Source: Malacoraja senta (taxonomy: Eukaryota). Taken from it: a stretch of DNA of 64,000 bases. The notes below the pieces were generated by a model, which saw only the letters and a program-made list of their open reading frames with translations, did not search any database and had not been told where the DNA came from. Made by a program: the position numbers and the translations under genes. The stretch is from assembly GCA_038087875.1 (NCBI GenBank), contig JAXLNO010000329.1, forward strand, positions 1 to 64,000, read 5' to 3'. Positions 53,001-64,000 of this stretch are shown here, piece after piece; positions within the stretch are counted from its first letter, which is position 1; every line of letters begins with the position of its first letter.

Positions 53001-56000
53001 TGACCCTTTGATTCTGACACTTTGACTCTGACCCTTTGACTATGACCCTTTGACTCTGAACCTTTGACATTGACGCTTTGACTCTGTCTCTTTGGCTCTG
53101 ACCATTTGACCCTGACCCTTTGTCTCTGACCCGTTGACACGGAACCTTTGAACATTTGACACTGACCCTTTGACCCTTTGACTCTGACCCTTTCCGTTTG
53201 ACCATGACCCTTTGACCCTGACCTTTTGACCCGGACCCTTTGACTCTGACCCTTTGACTCTGAACATTTGACCCTGACACATTGACTCTGACCCGTTGAC
53301 GCTGACCCTTTGACCCTTTGAATCTGACCATTTGACTCTGACCGTTTGACCGTTTGACCATGACCCTTTGATACTGACCCTTTAACCCTGACACTTTGAC
53401 CCTGACCCTTTGACTCTGACCCTTTGACTGACCCTTTGACTCTGGCACTTTGACTCTGACCCGTTGACTCTGACCCTGACCCTTTGACTGACACGTTGAC
53501 TGTCCCTTTGACTCTGACCCTTTGACCCCGACCCTTTGTCTATGACCCGTTGAATCTGACACTTTGAAACGTTGACTCTGACCCTTTGACCCTTTGACTG
53601 TGACCCTTTGACTCTGATCCATTGATCCTGAACCTTTGCCTCTTTGACCCTTTGACTCATTGACGTGTTGACTCTGTTTCTGGTTCTGATCCTTTGACCC
53701 TTTTTCTCTGACCCGTTGACACGGACCCTTTGATCATGTCCACTGACCCTTTGACCCTTTGACTGACCATTTGACCCTGACCGTTTAACCACGACCCTTT
53801 GACCGTGACCCTTTGACTCTGACCCTTTGACTCTGACCCTTTGTCTCTGACACATTGCCTCTTTGACCATTTGACTTTGACCCTTTGACTGTCTCTTTGA
53901 CTCTGACCCTTGGACTCTGACCCTTTTCCCCTGACGTTGACCCTTTGGTTCTGATCATTTGACCCTTTGACTGACCCTTTGACTGACCCTTTGACTGACA
54001 CCTTGACTCTGACCCTTTGATTCTGACCCTTTGACTGACCCTTTGACCCTTTGATTCTGACCTTTTGACTCTGATCCTTTGACTGACACTTTCCCTGACC
54101 CTTTGTCTCTGACCCTTTGACTCTGACCGTTTGACTGACACTTTGACTTTGACCCTTTGATTCTGACCCTTTGTCTCTGACCGTTTGCCTCTGACCATTT
54201 GACTGACATTTTGACCCTTTGATTGACCCTTTAACTCTGACCCCTTGACTCTGACCCTTTGACTCTGACTCTTTGACTCTGACACTGACCCTTTGACTGA
54301 CCCTTTGACCTTGACCCTTTGACTCTGACCCTTTGACTGACCCTTTGACACCGAACCTTACCCGTTGACTCTGACCCTTTGACTGACTCTTTGACTAGGA
54401 CCCTTTCAACTTTTGACTCTGTCCATTTGAACCCTTGAATCTGACCCTCTGATTCAAACTGTTTGACCGTTTCACCATGACCCTTTGACCCGGACCCTTT
54501 GACCCTGACACTTTGACCCTGACCCTTTGACTCTGACCCTTTGACTGACCCTTTGAATCTGACACTTTGACTCTAACCCTTTGACTCTGACGCTTTGACC
54601 CTTTGACTGACCCTTTGACTCTGACCCTTTGACTCTGACCCTTTGTCTCTGACCCGTTGACTCTGACCCTTTGAAACTTTGACTCTGACCCTTTGACCCT
54701 TTGATTATGACCCTTTGACTCTGAACCTTTGACCCTGACCCTTTGCCTCTTTGCCCCTTTGACTCATTGACGCTTTGACTGTCCATTGCTCTGACCCTTT
54801 GACCCTTTGTCTCTGACCCGTTGACACGGACCCTTTGATCATTTGACACTGACCCTTTGACCCTTTGATTCTGACCATGTGACCCTGACCGTTTGACCAT
54901 GACCCTTTGACCCAGACCCTTTGACTCTGACCATTTGACTCTGACCCTTTGACTGACACATTGCATCTGACCATTTGACTTTGACCCTTTTTCCCTCTTT
55001 GCCTCTGACCATTTGACCCTTTGACTGACCCTTTGACTGACCCTTTGATTCTGACCCTTTGAACCTGACATTTGATTCTGTCCCTTTGAATCTGACCCTT
55101 TGACTGACACTTTGACTCTGACCCTTTGATTCTGACCCTTTGACTGACCCTTTGACCCTTTGATTCAGACCATTTGACTCTGACCCTTTGACTGACCCTT
55201 TCTCTGACCCTTTGTCTCTGACCCTTTGACTCTGACCGTTTGACTCTGACACTTTGACTCTGACCCTTTCACTCTGACTCTTTGACTCTGACACTGACCC
55301 TTTGACTGACCCTTTGACCTTGACCCTTTGACTGACCCTTTGACTGACCCTGTGAGACCGACCCTTACCCTTTGACTCTGACCCTTTGACTTTGACTCTT
55401 TGACTAGGACCCTTTCAAATTTTGTCTCTGACCATTTGACCCCTTGAGTCTGACCCTCTGATTCTTTGACTTTGACCCTTTGACTCTGACACTTTGACTG
55501 ACCCTTTGACTCTGATCCTTTGACTTTGACCCTTTGACTCTGAACATTTGACCCTGACCATTTGACACTGTCCCATTGACCATGACTCTTTGACTATGAA
55601 GCTTTGACCCTGCCCTTTGACCCTGACTGACCGTGACCCTTTGACTGACCCTTTGACCCTTTGATTCTGACCCTTTGATTCTGAACCTTTGATTGACACT
55701 TTGAATCTGACTTTGACCCTTCGACTCTGACCCTTTGACCCTTTGACTGACTTTGACTCTTTAACACTGACCATTTGTCCCTGTTCCCTTGACTATGACC
55801 CTTTGACCATGACCCTTTGACCCTGACCCTTAGACTCTGACCCTTTGGCTCTGACCCTTGGGTCCTGACCCATTGACTCTGACCCTTTGACCCTTTGAAT
55901 CTGACCCTTTGACTCAGACCGATTGAACGTTTGACCCTGACTCTTTGACGCTGACATTTTGACCCTGACCCTTAGAACCTGACCTTTTGACCGTGACACT

Positions 56001-59000
56001 TTGACCGTGACCCTATGACTGACCCTTTGACTGACCCTTTGACTCTGACCCTTTCACTCTGACCCTTTGATTCTGACCCTTTGACCCTTCGACTCTGACT
56101 CTTTGACTCTGACCCTTTGACTCTGACCCTTTGACCCTGACACTTTGTCTCTGACCCGTTGACTCTGACCCTTTGAAACGTTGACTCTGACCATTTAACT
56201 CTGACCCTTTCACTATGACCCTTTGTCTCTGAACCTTTGACACTGATCCTTTGCCTCTTTGACCCTTTGACTCATTGACGCTTTGACGCTGTATCTTTGG
56301 CTCTGACACTTTGACCCTGACCCTTTGTCTCTGACCCGTTGACACGGACACTTTAGACATTTAACATTGACCCTTTGACCCTTTGAATCTGACCCTTTGA
56401 CCCTGATCGTTTGACCATGACCCTTTGACCCTGACCATTTGACTGACCCTTTGACTGACCCTTTGACTCTGACCCATTGCCTCTTTGACCATTTGACGCT
56501 TTGACCATTTGACTGTCTCTTTATCTGATCCTTTGTCTCTGACCCTTGGACTCTGACCCTTTTCCCTGACTCTTTGACCCTTTGACTGACGCTTTGACTG
56601 ACCCTTTGACTCTGACCCTTTGACTCTGACCCTTTGATTCTGACCCTTTGACCCATTGACTGACCCATGGACTCTGACCCTTTGACTGACCCTTTAACCC
56701 TGACACTTTGTCTCTGACCCGTTGACTCTGACCCTTTGAAACGTTGACTCTGACCATTTAACTCTGACCCTTTCACTATGACCCTTTGTCTCTGAACCTT
56801 TGACACTGACCCTTTGCCTCTTTGACCCTTTGACTCATTGACGCTTTGACGCTGTATCTTTGGCTCTGACACTTTGACCCTGACCCTTTGTCTCTGACCC
56901 GTTGACACGGACACTTTAGACATTTAACATTGACCCTTTGACCCTTTGAATCTGACCCTTTGACCCTGATCGTTTGACCATGACCCTTTGACCCTGACCA
57001 TTTGACTGACCCTTTGACTGACCCTTTGACTCTGACCCATTGCCTCTTTGACCATTTGACGCTTTGACCATTTGACTGTCTCTTTATCTGATCCTTTGTC
57101 TCTGACCCTTGGACTCTGACCCTTTTCCCTGACTCTTTGACCCTTTGACTGACCCTTTGACTTTGGCCCTTTGGCTCTGACCCTTTGACCCTGACCCTTT
57201 GTCTCTGACATGTTGACACGGACCCTTTGAACATTTGACACTGACCCTTTGACTCTAACCCTTTGACCCTGACCGTTTTAGCATGACCCTTTGACCCTGA
57301 TCCTTTGACTCTGACCCTTTGACGCTGAACCTTTGACCCTGACCCATGGATTCTGACCCGTTGACTCTGACCCTTTGACCCTTTGAATCTGACCCTTTGA
57401 CTCTGACTGTTTGACCGTTTGACCATGACCCTTTGACTCGGACCCTTTGACCCTGACACTTTGACCCTGAGCCTTTGACTGACCCTCTGACTGACCCTTT
57501 GAATCTGACACTTTGACCCTTTGACTCTGACGCTTTGACCCTTTGACTGACCCTTTGACTCTGACCCTTTGACCCTGACCCTTTGTCTCTGACCCGTTGA
57601 CTCTGACCCTTTGAAACTTTGACACTGACCCTTTGACCCTTTGATTATGACCCTTTGACTCTGAACCTTTGACCCTGACCCTTTGCCTCTTTGCCCCTTT
57701 GGCTCATTGACGCTTTGACTGTCTCTGGCTCTGACCCTTTGACCCTTTGTATCTGACCCGTTGACACGGACCCTTTGATCATTTGACACAGACCCTTTGA
57801 CCCTTTTTACTCTGACCATTTGACCCTGACCGTTTGACCATGACCCTTTGACCCAGACCCTTTGACTGACCATTTGACTCTGACCCTTTGACTGACACAT
57901 TGCATCTTTGACCATTTGACTTTGAACCTTTGACTCTCTCTTTGACTCTGACCCTTGGACTCTGACCCTTTTCCCTCTTTGACCCTTTGCCTCTGACCAT
58001 TTGACCCTTTGACTGACCCTTTGACTTTGACCCTTTGACTGACCCTTTAAACCTGACATTTGATTCTGTCCCTTTGAATCTGACCCTTTGACTGACACTT
58101 TGACTCTGACCCTTTGATTCTGACCCTTTGACTGACCCTTTGACCCTGTGATTCAGACCATTTGACTCTGACCCTTTGACTGACCCTTTCTCTGACCCTT
58201 TGTCTCTGACCCTTTGACTGACCGTTTGACTGACACTTTGACTTTGACCCTTTGATTCTGCCCCATTGTCTCTGACCGTTTGCCTCTGAACATTTGATCT
58301 GACATTTTGACCCTTTGATTGACCCTTTAACTCTGACGCTTTGACTCTGACCCTTTGACTCTGACTTTGACTGACACTGACCCTTTGACTGACCCTTGAC
58401 CTTGACCCTTTGACTCTGACCCTTTGACTGACCCTTTGACACCGACCCTTACCCTTTGACTCTGACCCTTTGACTGACCGTTTGACTGACACTTTGACTT
58501 TGACCTTTTGATTCTGACCCTTTGAGTCTGAACCTTTGATTGACCCTTTGAATCTGACTTTGACCCTTCGACTCTGACCCTTTGACCCTTTGACTTTGAC
58601 TCTTTAACACTGACCATTTGACCCTGTCCCCTTGACTATGACCTTTTGACCCTGACCCTTTGACCCTGACCCTTAGACTCTGACCCTTTGGCTCTGACCC
58701 TTGGATCCTGACCCATTGACTCTGACCCTTTGACCCTTTGAATCTGACCCTTTGGCTCAGACCGTTTGAACGTTTGACCCTGACTCTTTGACCCTGACAT
58801 TTTGACCCTGACCCTTAGAACCTGACCTTTTGACCCTGACACTTTGACCGTGACCCTATGACTGACCCTTTGACTGACCCTTTGACTCTGACCCTTTGAC
58901 TCTGACCCTTTGATTCTGACCCTTTGACCCTTTGACCCTTTAACTGACCCTTGGACTCTGACCCTTTGACTCTGACCCTTTGACCCTGACACTTTGTCTC

Positions 59001-59015
59001 TGAACCTTTGACACT
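50049..59015. repeat. Satellite array segment 3
   Basis: Same word-based satellite, containing local duplications with ~1.4 kb, ~2.9 kb and 563 bp offsets. Confidence 0.96.
56135..57153. repeat. Recent local duplication: ~455-bp block repeated at 563-bp offset
   Basis: Landmark ACGGACACTTTAGACATTTAACATTGACC near 56344 and 56907, with a third copy near 60262. ORF starts 56360 and 56923 give the same peptide. Confidence 0.88.
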
Positions 59016-59016
59016 C

Positions 59017-60042
59017 AGCTGGTTCCGTTCTTACCTTTCCAACCGATCCCACCTCATCTCTCTCCATAACCACACCTCTGCCACAGCCACTGTCACTCAA
59101 GGCGTTCCCCAAGGCTCCGTTCTTGGTCCCCTCCTCTTCATCATCTACATCCTCCCCCTTGGTCATATACTCCGTCACTTCAAACTGGACTTCCACTGCT
59201 ATGCTGATGACACCCAGATCTATCTCAGCACCAAGTCCCCCCATCACCCCCCTCTCTCCCATATCAACTCCTGCCTATCAGCCATCAAATCTTGGATGCA
59301 ACTCAACTTCCTTAAATTAAACAGTAGCAAAACAGAATTTCTCCTCATTGGCTCCAAATCAACACTCACTAAAATTAACAACCCCACTCTCACTATCGAC
59401 GGCACCACTGTCTCCCCATCTCCTCAGGCACGCAACCTTGGCGTGATCCTTGACTCAACCCTCTCCCTTGAGCCTCACATCCGCCATGTTGTCAAAACAT
59501 CATTTTTTCACCTCCGCAACATTGCAAAAATCAGATCGTCTCTCACACCCCCCGCTGCTGAAAGACTCATCCATGCCTTCATCTCCTCCCGACTGGACTA
59601 CTGTAACTCTCTTCTTTTCGGAATCAATTCCAGCAGCATCAAACGACTCCAACTGGTCCAGAATGCAGCCGCTCGACTCATTACCCACACCAAATCCTGG
59701 CACCACATCACACCAGTTCTCAAAGAACTTCACTGGCTTCCCATTTCCCACCGGATCACCTACAAAATCCTGGTCCTCACCTACAAAGCCCTCAACAACC
59801 TGGCCCCCCCTTATCTCATTGACCTCCTCTCCCCCTACCAACCCTCACGGTCCCTCAGATCCACATCAGCTGGTCTCCTCTACACTCCGAAATCAAACCT
59901 CTGCACTTTTGGAGTCAGAGCCTTCTCCAGGGCAGCTCCCAGGCTCTGGAATTCCCTCCCACAACCGGTCCGAAATTCTGAGTCCCTCACCATCTTCCAG
60001 TCCCGCCTCAAGACCCATCTCTTCACCTCTGCATACCCTTGG
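59017..60042 (+). pseudogene. L2 ORF2 fragment: C-terminal part of reverse transcriptase plus downstream conserved region, no start codon
   Basis: WFRSYLSNR, GVPQGSVLGPLLF, FHCYADDTQIY (catalytic YADD), LKLNSSKTE, RNLGVILD, SRLDYCNS, LQLVQNAAAR, HITPVLKELHWLP, RAFSRAAPRLWNSLP. No internal stop or frameshift. The expected stop after KTHLFTSAYP is TGG (60040-60042), so the frame runs to 60165. Confidence 0.93.
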
Positions 60043-60144
60043 TCCCATGTTCCCCTCCCCTCTGTCTTATTGCTCTATTTTGTTTTGTTTATTCTCAATT
60101 GTAAAGCGACTTTGAGTCCTGAAAAGCGCTATATAAATAAAATC

Positions 60145-60160
60145 TATTATTATTATTATT
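60145..60160 (+). repeat. (TAT)n L2 3' tail
   Basis: TATTATTATTATTATT directly after AAATAAAATC. Confidence 0.9.
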
Positions 60161-63100
60161 ACTGACCCTTTGCCTCTTTGACCCTTTGATTCATTGACGC
60201 TTTGACGCTGTATCTTTGGCTCTGACACTTTGACCCTGACCCTTTGTCTCTGACCCGTTCACACGGACACTTTAGACATTTAACATTGACCCTTTGACCC
60301 TTTGAATCTGACCCTTTGACCCTGATCGTTTGACCATGACCCTTTGACCCTGAGCATTTGACTGACCCTTTGACGCTGACCCATTGCCTCTTTGACCATT
60401 TGACGCTTTGACCATTTGACTGTCTCTTTGTCTGATCCTTTGTCTCTGAACCTTGGACTCTGACCCTTTTCCCTGACTCTTTGACCCTTTGACTGACCCT
60501 TTGACTTTGGCCCTTTGACTCTGACGCTTTGAACCTGACATTTGAATCTGACCCTTTGAATCTGCCCCTTTGACTGATACTTTGACTCTGACCCTTTGAT
60601 TCTGACCCTATGACTCTGATCCTTTGAACCTTTGATTCTGACCCTTTGACTGACCCTTTGACTGACCCTTTCTCTGACCCTTTGACTGACCCTTTGACTC
60701 TGACCCTTTGACTCTGACCCTTTGACTTTGACCCTTTGATTCTGACCCATTGACTGACCGTTTGCCACTGACCATTTGACTGACCTTTTGACCCTTTGAC
60801 TGACCCTTTAACTCTGACCCTTTGACTCTGACCGTTTGAATGTGACTCTTAGACTCTGATACTTTGACCCTTTGACTCTGACCCTTTAACTGACCCTTTG
60901 TCTCTGATCCTTTGACTTTGACCCTTCGTCTCTGACCCTTTGACTCTGACACTTTGACTCTGACTCTTTGACTCTGACTCTTTGAAATTTTGACTGACCT
61001 TTTAACTCTGACCCTTTGACTATGACCCTTTGACTCTGAACATTTGAACCTGACCCGTTGCCTCTTGGACCCTTTGACTCATTGACGCTGACTCTGTCTC
61101 TTTGGCTCTGACCCTTTGACCCCGACCCTTTGTCTCTGACCTGTTGACCCGGACCCTTTGAACATTTGACACTGACCCATTGACTCTGACCCTTTGACCC
61201 TGACATGTTGACCCTGGCCCTTTGACCCTGACCCTTTGTTCCTGACCTTTTGACTGACCCTTTGACTGACCCTTTGACTCTGACCCATTGCCTCTTTGAC
61301 CATTTGAAGCTTTGATCGTTTGACTGTCTCTTTGACTCTGACCCTTTGTCTCTGACCCTTGGACTCTGGCCCTTTTCTCTGACTTTGACCCTTTGACTGA
61401 ACCTTTGACTTTGACCATTTGACTTTGATCCTTTGAACCTGACATTTGAATCTGACCCGATGATTCTGACCCTTTGACTCTGACCCTTTGACTGACCCTT
61501 TCGCTGACACTTTGACCCTGACCCTTTGACTCTGACCCTTTGACTTTGACCGTTTGATTCTGACCCTTTGACTCTGACCGTTTGCCTCTGACCATTTGAC
61601 GCTGACCTTTTGACCCTTTGACTGACCCTCTAACTGACCCTTGGACTGACCCTTTGACTCTGACTCTTTGACTCTGACACGTTGACCCTTTGACTGGCCG
61701 TTTGACCTTGACCCTTTGACTCTGACCCTTTGACTGACCCTTTGAGACCGACGCTTACCCTTTGACTCTGACTTTGACTAGGACCTTTCACCTTTTGACT
61801 CTGACCATTTGACCCCTTGAGTCTGACCCTTTGACTCTGATCCTTTGACATTGACCCTTTGACTCTGACCCTGACTGATCCTTTGACTCTGATCCTTTAA
61901 CTTTGACTGACACTGACACTTTGACTGACACTTTGACAGACCCTTTGACTCTGACCCTTTGACTGACCCTTTGACTGACCATTTGACTGACCCATTGACT
62001 CTGACCCATTGCCTTTATGGCCTTTTGACTCTGCCTCTGACCCTTTGTCTCTGACCCTTGGACTCTGATCCTTTTTCCCTGACTCGTTGACCCTTTGGTT
62101 CTGACCATTTGGCCCTTTGACTGACCCTTTGACTGACCCTTTGACTGACCCTTTGAACCTGACATTTGACTGACTCTTTGACTCTGACACTTTGACCCTT
62201 TGACTGACCCTTTGACCTTTACCCTTTGACTCTGTCCCTTTGACTGACCCTTTGACTAGGACCGGTTCACCTTTTGACTCTGACCATTTGACCCCTTGCG
62301 TCTGACACTTTGACTGATCCTTTGACTTTGACCCTTTGACTCTGACCCTTTGATTGATCCTTTGACTGATCCTTTGACTGACCCTTTGACTCTGACCCTC
62401 TGACTGACCCGTTGACTTTGACCATTTGACTCTGACCCTTTGACTGACCCTTTGACTGACCCTTTGACTGACCCTTTGACTGACCCTTTGACTGACCCTT
62501 TGACTGACCCTTTGACGCTGACCCATTGCATTTTTGACCATTTGACTCTTTGACCCTTTGACTGTCTCTATGACTCTGACACGTTGTCTCTGACCCTTGG
62601 ACTCTGAACCCTCTTCCCTGACATTGACCCTTTGGTTCTGACCACTTGACCCTTTGAATGACCCTTTGACTGACCCTTTGACTCTGACCCTTTGAACCTG
62701 ACATTTGATTCTGACCCTTTGAATCTGACCCTTTGACTCTGACCATTTGATTCTGACCCTTTGACTCTGACCGTTTGACCCTTAGAATCTGACCCTTTGA
62801 CACTGACCCTTTCTCTGACCCTTTGACTCTGATATTTTGACTCTGACCGTTTGACTCTGACCCTTTGACTCTGACCCTTTGAACCTGACATTTGATTCTG
62901 TCCCTTTGAATCTGACCCTTTGACGCTGAACCTTTGACCCTGACCCATTGACTGACCCTTTGACACCGAACCTTACCCTTTGACTCTGACCCTTTGACTG
63001 ACTCTTTGACTAGGACCCTTTCAACTTTTGACTGTCCATTTGAATCCTTGAATCTGACCCTCTGATTCTTTGACTTTGACCCTTTGTATCTGACCCTTTG

Positions 63101-64000
63101 ATTGACCCTTTGACTCTGATCCTTTGACTTTGACCCTTTGACTCTGATCATTTGACTCAGACCATTTGACTCTGACCATTTGACTCTGACGTTTTGACCC
63201 TTTGACTAACCCTTTAACTCTGACCCTTTGACTCTGACTCTTTGACTCTGACACGTTGACTCTGAACCTTTGACCCTGACCCATTGACTCTGACTCGTTG
63301 ACTCTGACCCTTTGACCATTTGAATGACGCTTTCACCCTTTGACTCAGACCCTACAACGCTGACCCTTTGACTGACCTTTTGGCGCTGAACCTTTACCCT
63401 GACCCGTTGATCCTTTGACTCTAACCTTTTGACCCTGACCATTTGACACTGACAATTTGACCCTGACCCTTTGACTCTGACCCTTTGACTCCGACCCTTT
63501 GACCCTGACCCTTTGACCCTGACCCTTTGGCTCTGACCCTTTGACCCTGACCCTTTGACTCTGACCCATGGACCCTGACCCTTTGACTCTGACCCTTTGA
63601 ATCTGACCGATTGACTGACCGTTTGACCGCTTGACCATGACCCTTTGACCCTGACCCTTTGTCCCTGAAACTTTGACCCTGACCCTTTGACTCTGACCCT
63701 TTGACTCTGACCCTTTGACTGAAACTGACTCTGACCCTTTGACCCTGTGTCTCTGACCCGTTGACTGACGCTTTGAAACTTTGACCCTTTAACTCTGACC
63801 CTTTGACTATGACCCTTTGACTCTGACCCGTTGACTCTGACCCTTTGACCCTTTCAATCTGACCCTTTGAGTCTGACCGTTTGACTGTTTAACCCTGACA
63901 CTTTGACCCTGACACTTTGACCCTGACCCTTTGACCCTGACCCTTTGATTCTGACACTTTGACTGACCCTTTGACTGACCCTTTGACACTGAACCTTTGA
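60161..64000. repeat. Satellite array segment 4
   Basis: Same satellite. Includes 7 perfect copies of TGACCCTTTGAC at 62433-62516, and a block (landmark CCTACAACGC at 63351) paralogous to 52670 (offset 10681). Confidence 0.96.

Larger units (their letters stand above)
59016..60160 (+). mobile_element. 5'-truncated L2-clade (CR1/L2 group) non-LTR retrotransposon
   Basis: RT and C-terminal motifs present. The 3' end TGTAAAGCGACTTTGAGTCCTGAAAAGCGCTATATAAATAAAATC(TAT)n is typical of fish L2 termini. The empty paralogous site TGAACCTTTGACACTGACCCTTTGCCTC at ~56793 shows the insertion point, with ACT present on both sides (59013-59015 and 60161-60163). Confidence 0.93.

Noticed and set aside
58636..60115. 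Alternative ORFs 58636..59262 (-), 59123..59320 (+), 59450..60115 (+) and 59500..59841 (-)
   Set aside because: Shadow or out-of-frame readings of the L2 RT sequence.
344..63989. Hundreds of minus-strand ORFs rich in KGS/QRV/SKG (e.g. 51997..53622, 541 aa; 56776..58098, 440 aa)
   Set aside because: All three minus frames give the same low-complexity peptides. Openness follows from the repeat lacking stop codons on that strand, and 8/14/4-bp word indels shift frames freely between paralogues.
1..64000. CRISPR-like repeat-spacer array
   Set aside because: No unique spacers, constant repeat length or cas genes; the context is eukaryotic satellite with vertebrate LINEs.

Overview
Eukaryotic (vertebrate, fish-like; possibly cartilaginous fish, which is an inference) heterochromatin-type window with no host protein-coding or RNA genes. 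About 96% is one strand-biased satellite. It is assembled from TGA-initiated words: an 8-mer TGACCCTT alternating with 6-mers (TGACTC/TGACCC/TGAATC etc.) or a 4-mer TGAC, giving 12/14-bp pseudo-monomers. The satellite is organised into kb-scale higher-order duplications, near-identical at 1-15 kb, nested ~4.4/6.3 kb at 26-41 kb, and older and patchier at 42-64 kb. Three retroposon insertions interrupt it, all in the right-hand third: a 360-bp L1-like 3' end (minus strand, 12-bp TSD), an 828-bp GC-rich, hairpin-rich non-coding element with a Rex1/Babar-like 3' terminus and (ATCA)8 tail (minus strand), and a 1.15-kb 5'-truncated L2-clade LINE with an uninterrupted reverse-transcriptase frame (plus strand). 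I also noticed one 37-bp inverted satellite fragment at 21486-21522. The many K/G/S/Q/R/V-rich minus-strand ORFs are artefacts of the repeat.
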